From Eledone cirrhosa (taxonomy: Eukaryota): a stretch of 64,000 nucleotides of DNA. Shown one piece after another: positions 59,692-64,000 of this stretch. The notes under the pieces were generated by a model. It searched no databases, had not been told where the DNA came from, and saw only the letters and a program-made list of their open reading frames with translations. Every line of letters starts with the position of its first letter. The first letter of the stretch is position 1. The stretch lies in NCBI GenBank assembly GCA_964016885.1, contig OZ024741.1:143840001-143904000 (forward strand), given 5' to 3'. The translations under genes were made by a program, and so were the position numbers.

Positions 59692-62600
59692 CCAACTGAG
59701 CTACCCGGTGATACCCGGGTATTTTATGAAAGTTACAATATATTTTGCACACATTACAAAATATTTGACCATTCAAATATGATTGCTGAATTTTAACCAA
59801 AGTAGGAATTATAGCAGAATATTTATTGCTGTTTGGTCAAAGTAAATGATGTAGTTAAAAATATTATTTTTTTCCAGTGGTGATTTTTTTAAATACTGCT
59901 CCTTATTACAGTCAGCATATATAATGCTTTATTCATAGATGAATCATTAGGTATGTTGTCCTGTGAAAAGGGGATGACCAAAAAGATACATTTAGATTTT
60001 TTTTATTTATCCTTTCCTTTCTTTCTTTTTTTTTTTTGCGTATCTGAACCTCTGAAATTCAAACATGTAAAGACTATTTTAAAAACCATAAATAAAATAA
60101 GAAAATAAATTTAGCATTGGTTTATGATTGAATGAAGCATTTTCTTACTCATTTCTGTAATTCGGGGAAAGTGTATTTAAATTTGTACACTGTAGCTTTC
60201 ACCAATCTTTGCCTCTATGGCAGTAGGATCTTGTTTGAGGGAGATTTGTTTTCTATTTCTATTAGCTATACCAACAGATATAGTGGCTCACATGACATAC
60301 ATAGATACATACACACACATGTATGTGTGTAAGACAGTTGTTTGTGATTTGAAATGGATTTTGCTAATATTTCTAGTAGATTGAGTTATCACATAGAACC
60401 ATACCTTTTTGCTTCATACATATATATACATACCTGAGAAAGTAAGGTGGGATTTGAAGGAAATTTGGCTGCTATTTCTACCCAAGAAAGTCCTCACTTA
60501 TACTACTTTATATAGCAGAGGTACCCGGGAATGCCTGCATATTCTTCCAAAGTAACACCATGCAGTAAATTTGCAGCTTCAGAATTCCTTGCAAACTACA
60601 TGACTAAGGAATTAGGATCTGTGTGTATTGTCATTGAATGAGGAATTACGACATTGCTCATTCCAAAGCCTCTGGATAAACAACATCCTGTGGTGCCACA
60701 ATGAAGAGTCAATCAGGGTTCCCAACCCTTGTTGTGCCAATATAGAGTTGATCATGTGAAAAGATAGGATCTGCCAGATTCAACCCAACGACTTTCAATG
60801 ATTGCTCTTGAGATTTATTAATGGTCATGGCAAAACTGAGCCTAATCGGAAATTGAAGTCTTTGAAATTCAAATGGCAAATCAGTTGGCTTCAGAGGTAT
60901 TCTGGGAATGAAACAATTGTCACCAGCAAATTTTCCTGACATGATTGCAACTTCTAGAACATTGGACATCATATTATTGATGATGGGTCTTGTGCCATTA
61001 CAAAGTTTTGGAGGATCCAGATTGCAAAGTAGCATAACCGATGCTCCAAGCTTCAGTATCAGGTTGTGTGGAAGGAATTGCCACTCATTCAAGACTGTTC
61101 AAAAATTCAGTTGGATAGTTTACAACCTGGTCTTGAGAAAGTGATTGTGTCAACTGATTTGTAGCATATTTTCTCTCCTGGTAACATCTCCAGCAGCCTT
61201 CTTTCACAGCAACATTTTTAGGTGCTATGATTGCTTGTTCACAGAGCCATTTCGGATCACATTGCCTGGTCTGAATGTTTGGAAACACTCTGGCAATCAG
61301 TTCTTGTTCTGTGTCAATGATATGGCAAAATGACAACTGAATATGGTCATTGGAGTCGTTTTCAAGAAGTCCATTTCCCAATTTAAGTAGTTGGATGGCA
61401 AACTCACTGACACCTTCATCACCAGTTAAGTGCACTTGCATGTTGGTTGTAAGGCTCAGCAGCTGAAAGCAGAGCCATGTTTTCAGACAGGCATTGACCT
61501 GATCAGCTCGAGTCCCTCGAAGAATTACAGGCAGAGTTTGTCTGAAATCACCAGCAAGAACCATTGTCACTCCTCCCATTATGCAACTATTTTCTCTCAG
61601 ATCCCTTATCGTCCAGTCCAAAGCTTCAATTGCTCCTTTATGGCTCATAGTAGCTTCATCCCAAATTATCATCTTGCATGTTTGCAGAAGCTTGGCCTTG
61701 GGTGAGTTGTTCTTGATGTTGCAAAAAGATTGTTCATGCCGTGTGAGATCTATGAGCAGCTTAAACATGGAGTGTGCAGTTCTTCCTCCATCCAGAAGTG
61801 TTGCTGCAATGCCACTTGAAGTCACAGCAAGGACAATATGTTGCTTTTGGCGAACTTTTGCAAGCAGGAGGTTTATGAGAATGTCTTGCCTGTGCCAGCA
61901 GGAACATCGATGAAGAAAAGTCCTCCCCTGTCATTTTGAATGTTTTCGATGATGTTGTGGTAAGCGTATTTCTGGTCATCCATCAATCGAGGTTCATTTT
62001 CATCCACAAACTTACACAATGCTTGAATATCATAGTTTGTCTCCTGTAAAATGTCTTGTGCTACATCCATTTCTTCATCTGGCTCTGGCATCCCGCAGTT
62101 AGCTAATGTGCTATTCATTGCCTGAGCTTGATTGTAAATCCTGGGGGTACATTCCATATACATATTGCCATGATGTCTTTGGGCTAGGTGTAGATAGTTG
62201 TCCGACATATTGTTTTTGTATTTCTGCCAGTGTAGATGAGCTTCATCAATTCCACATGCTGTGAGCATAATAGCAAATAATTGTCTTATTTGACTGGCTA
62301 CTTGAGTGATTGCTGCTTCTTCTAGGCACTTCTTCCAGTGTCCATTGTCATGCAGGAGTCCATGCTGTTTACATGCTTCTTGGTATGTTGCGCACTCCCT
62401 TCCTCTGAAGCACCTAAGATCCTCAAACAGTATGCAGAAGTAGCCGTAAATAAAAACATTCTCTGTTGTTGGGATGGACATTGTAAACACGCCCAATAGC
62501 ATCACTTGATTTGACTTCATGACCTTCCACTAAATGACCCTGCTTTCTTCGATTCCAGGTCTTGCAATTGGTCCAGGTATAGTATGTTGGGACTTCAGCA

Positions 62601-64000
62601 TATAGGAAGGATCGAGCAAATTCATCATTCTGGCAGAGTTTAAAGAAAGCAGTTAGTGTGATGCTTGTGCCAACTGATGAGCAGTGATCTCAGTGAAGTA
62701 CACTCTCTGTCCATTTGCCAGATGGACTGCGAGGCTGACCACTGTTGGGTGGCGTTGGTGGATATCAAATCCAAAGATTTGCCAGATAGCTTCATTGCTA
62801 GAGATGTATCGACCTGTTTGATACCGTTTGATCTCATCCAGCCCACCATCATTGAGTTCTTTGTCAGTAATAAAGGTAGCCATGTCACTGCCCTTGTTGA
62901 TATATTTTGTGACATATAGGATTGCTTTGACGGAGCTGCAATACTCAACATTGATATGAGCTTTTAAAAGTTTACACAACAATTTGTTGTGTGGGACGAC
63001 CCACTGATTGTTTATGGTCAGCTCCTCTCCTCGAACTGTTAGGCTTGCAGTATTGCCTCCATGTTCTGGTCTACGCCTACGATAAAAGGGGTATCCATTA
63101 TTGTCAGTCCGAGTTTCCTGAATAAAATCTCTAGGATAATGTTTGCTGCATTTTTTATCTTTCATGTAGGGAGAGGCTGGATTGATAACTCCACGTGGAC
63201 CATGAATGAGTTTGGACTTGATAGTTTCAAAGACCTCTGGATCACCACCTTTATCAGGCAACTCTGCTGAAATGATCTTATCAACATCATCTGGTCTTAT
63301 CTTCTCCTTGCACCAGATTAGTGTGTGAGAGTGAGGAAGACCTCTCTTCTGCTACTCAATAGTGGTCATCTAAGCACTAAGCTCACCAAAGATTCTTCCT
63401 TCTTTTAGGAGCCAGATGAGTTTTTTTTTGCTTTTCATGGAAAACCCGAGCAATGAGGTCATGTCGATCCTTTAATTTTTGAATTTGAAATAATTCATTT
63501 GATATTTCTGACCAGTTTGAATTGCATGTAAATGTAATGAAGGGATCTGGCCGACCAAATTTTTTGACATAGGCCATTGCATCTTGCATACGTTCATGCA
63601 TGTAACGTGGTCCTCCCGTGAAGCTTGATGGTAGTATGACTGGCTGGCCAATATTTCTTGGGTCAACATCAGAATTGATGCCATCTCGAAGGTGGATATA
63701 GTTATCTGCCCTCAACTTAGTTTGATTCCTTTGCAGAAAACTCAATCTTTCTGTTTTAATTTTGGCACACATGTTCACCATGAACTGGCTGGTTACTTCT
63801 TTGAATCACAGAACTTGGTTGAAGTGATCATGTACCATGAAATGATAAGCATAGAATTCTTTGCAGCTGATTGATCGGCCAGTTTCTTGTCCCATTCCTG
63901 GGCTGATCTGCCGTAGCTGAAAATGATATCCATCTTGACCATTCCAAAAGATGAGCGGATATTGGAGTGAATCATAGACTCTATGAGTTTCACAAATTCG
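59692..64000 (-). mobile_element. Helitron, decayed; 5' part lies beyond the window
   Basis: 3' hairpin TACCCGG/CCGGGTA at 59702-59721, 10 nt from a degenerate CTRR end (TTGG|T); RepHel remnants. Confidence 0.88.
60709..63993 (-). pseudogene. Helitron Rep/PIF1 helicase pseudogene
   Basis: LPSSFTGGPRYM, FITFTCN, E*QKRGLPHSH, YVTKYINKG, AGTGKTF, SSGIAATLL..GRTAHS, IIWDEA, GDFRQTLPV, QFPIRLSFAMTINKSQ; many stops and frameshifts. Confidence 0.95.

Overview
AT-rich animal genomic DNA made almost entirely of nested mobile elements separated by (TA)n tracts. The tRNA-SINE and RTE repertoire looks cephalopod (octopus-like), which is an inference, and no convincing host gene is present. Contents: a dead DD37D (maT-type) Tc1/mariner plus an internally deleted copy; two Tx1-like L1-clade LINEs inserted at the same CCCCTCTC|TATATC site; ten RTE-clade LINE copies in two subfamilies (two with intact 1056 and 1039 aa ORFs, with a PHD-like finger inside RT); RTE-tailed tRNA-SINEs; three coding Penelope-like element (PLE) fragments; and a decayed Helitron. 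The most striking signal, read by eye, is about 20 type I hammerhead ribozyme (HHR) cores. Most lie in short non-coding elements of two kinds: fold-back palindromes with an unpaired tail, several with HHRs in both polarities, and retrozyme-like units with terminal direct repeats. About 12 tails, including those of the coding PLE family, share a covarying RCTC-[stem-loop]-2 nt bulge-GAGY hairpin that usually lies a few nt past the fold-back point, a candidate cis signal for PLE mobilisation. All folds were assigned manually; none was computed or tested.
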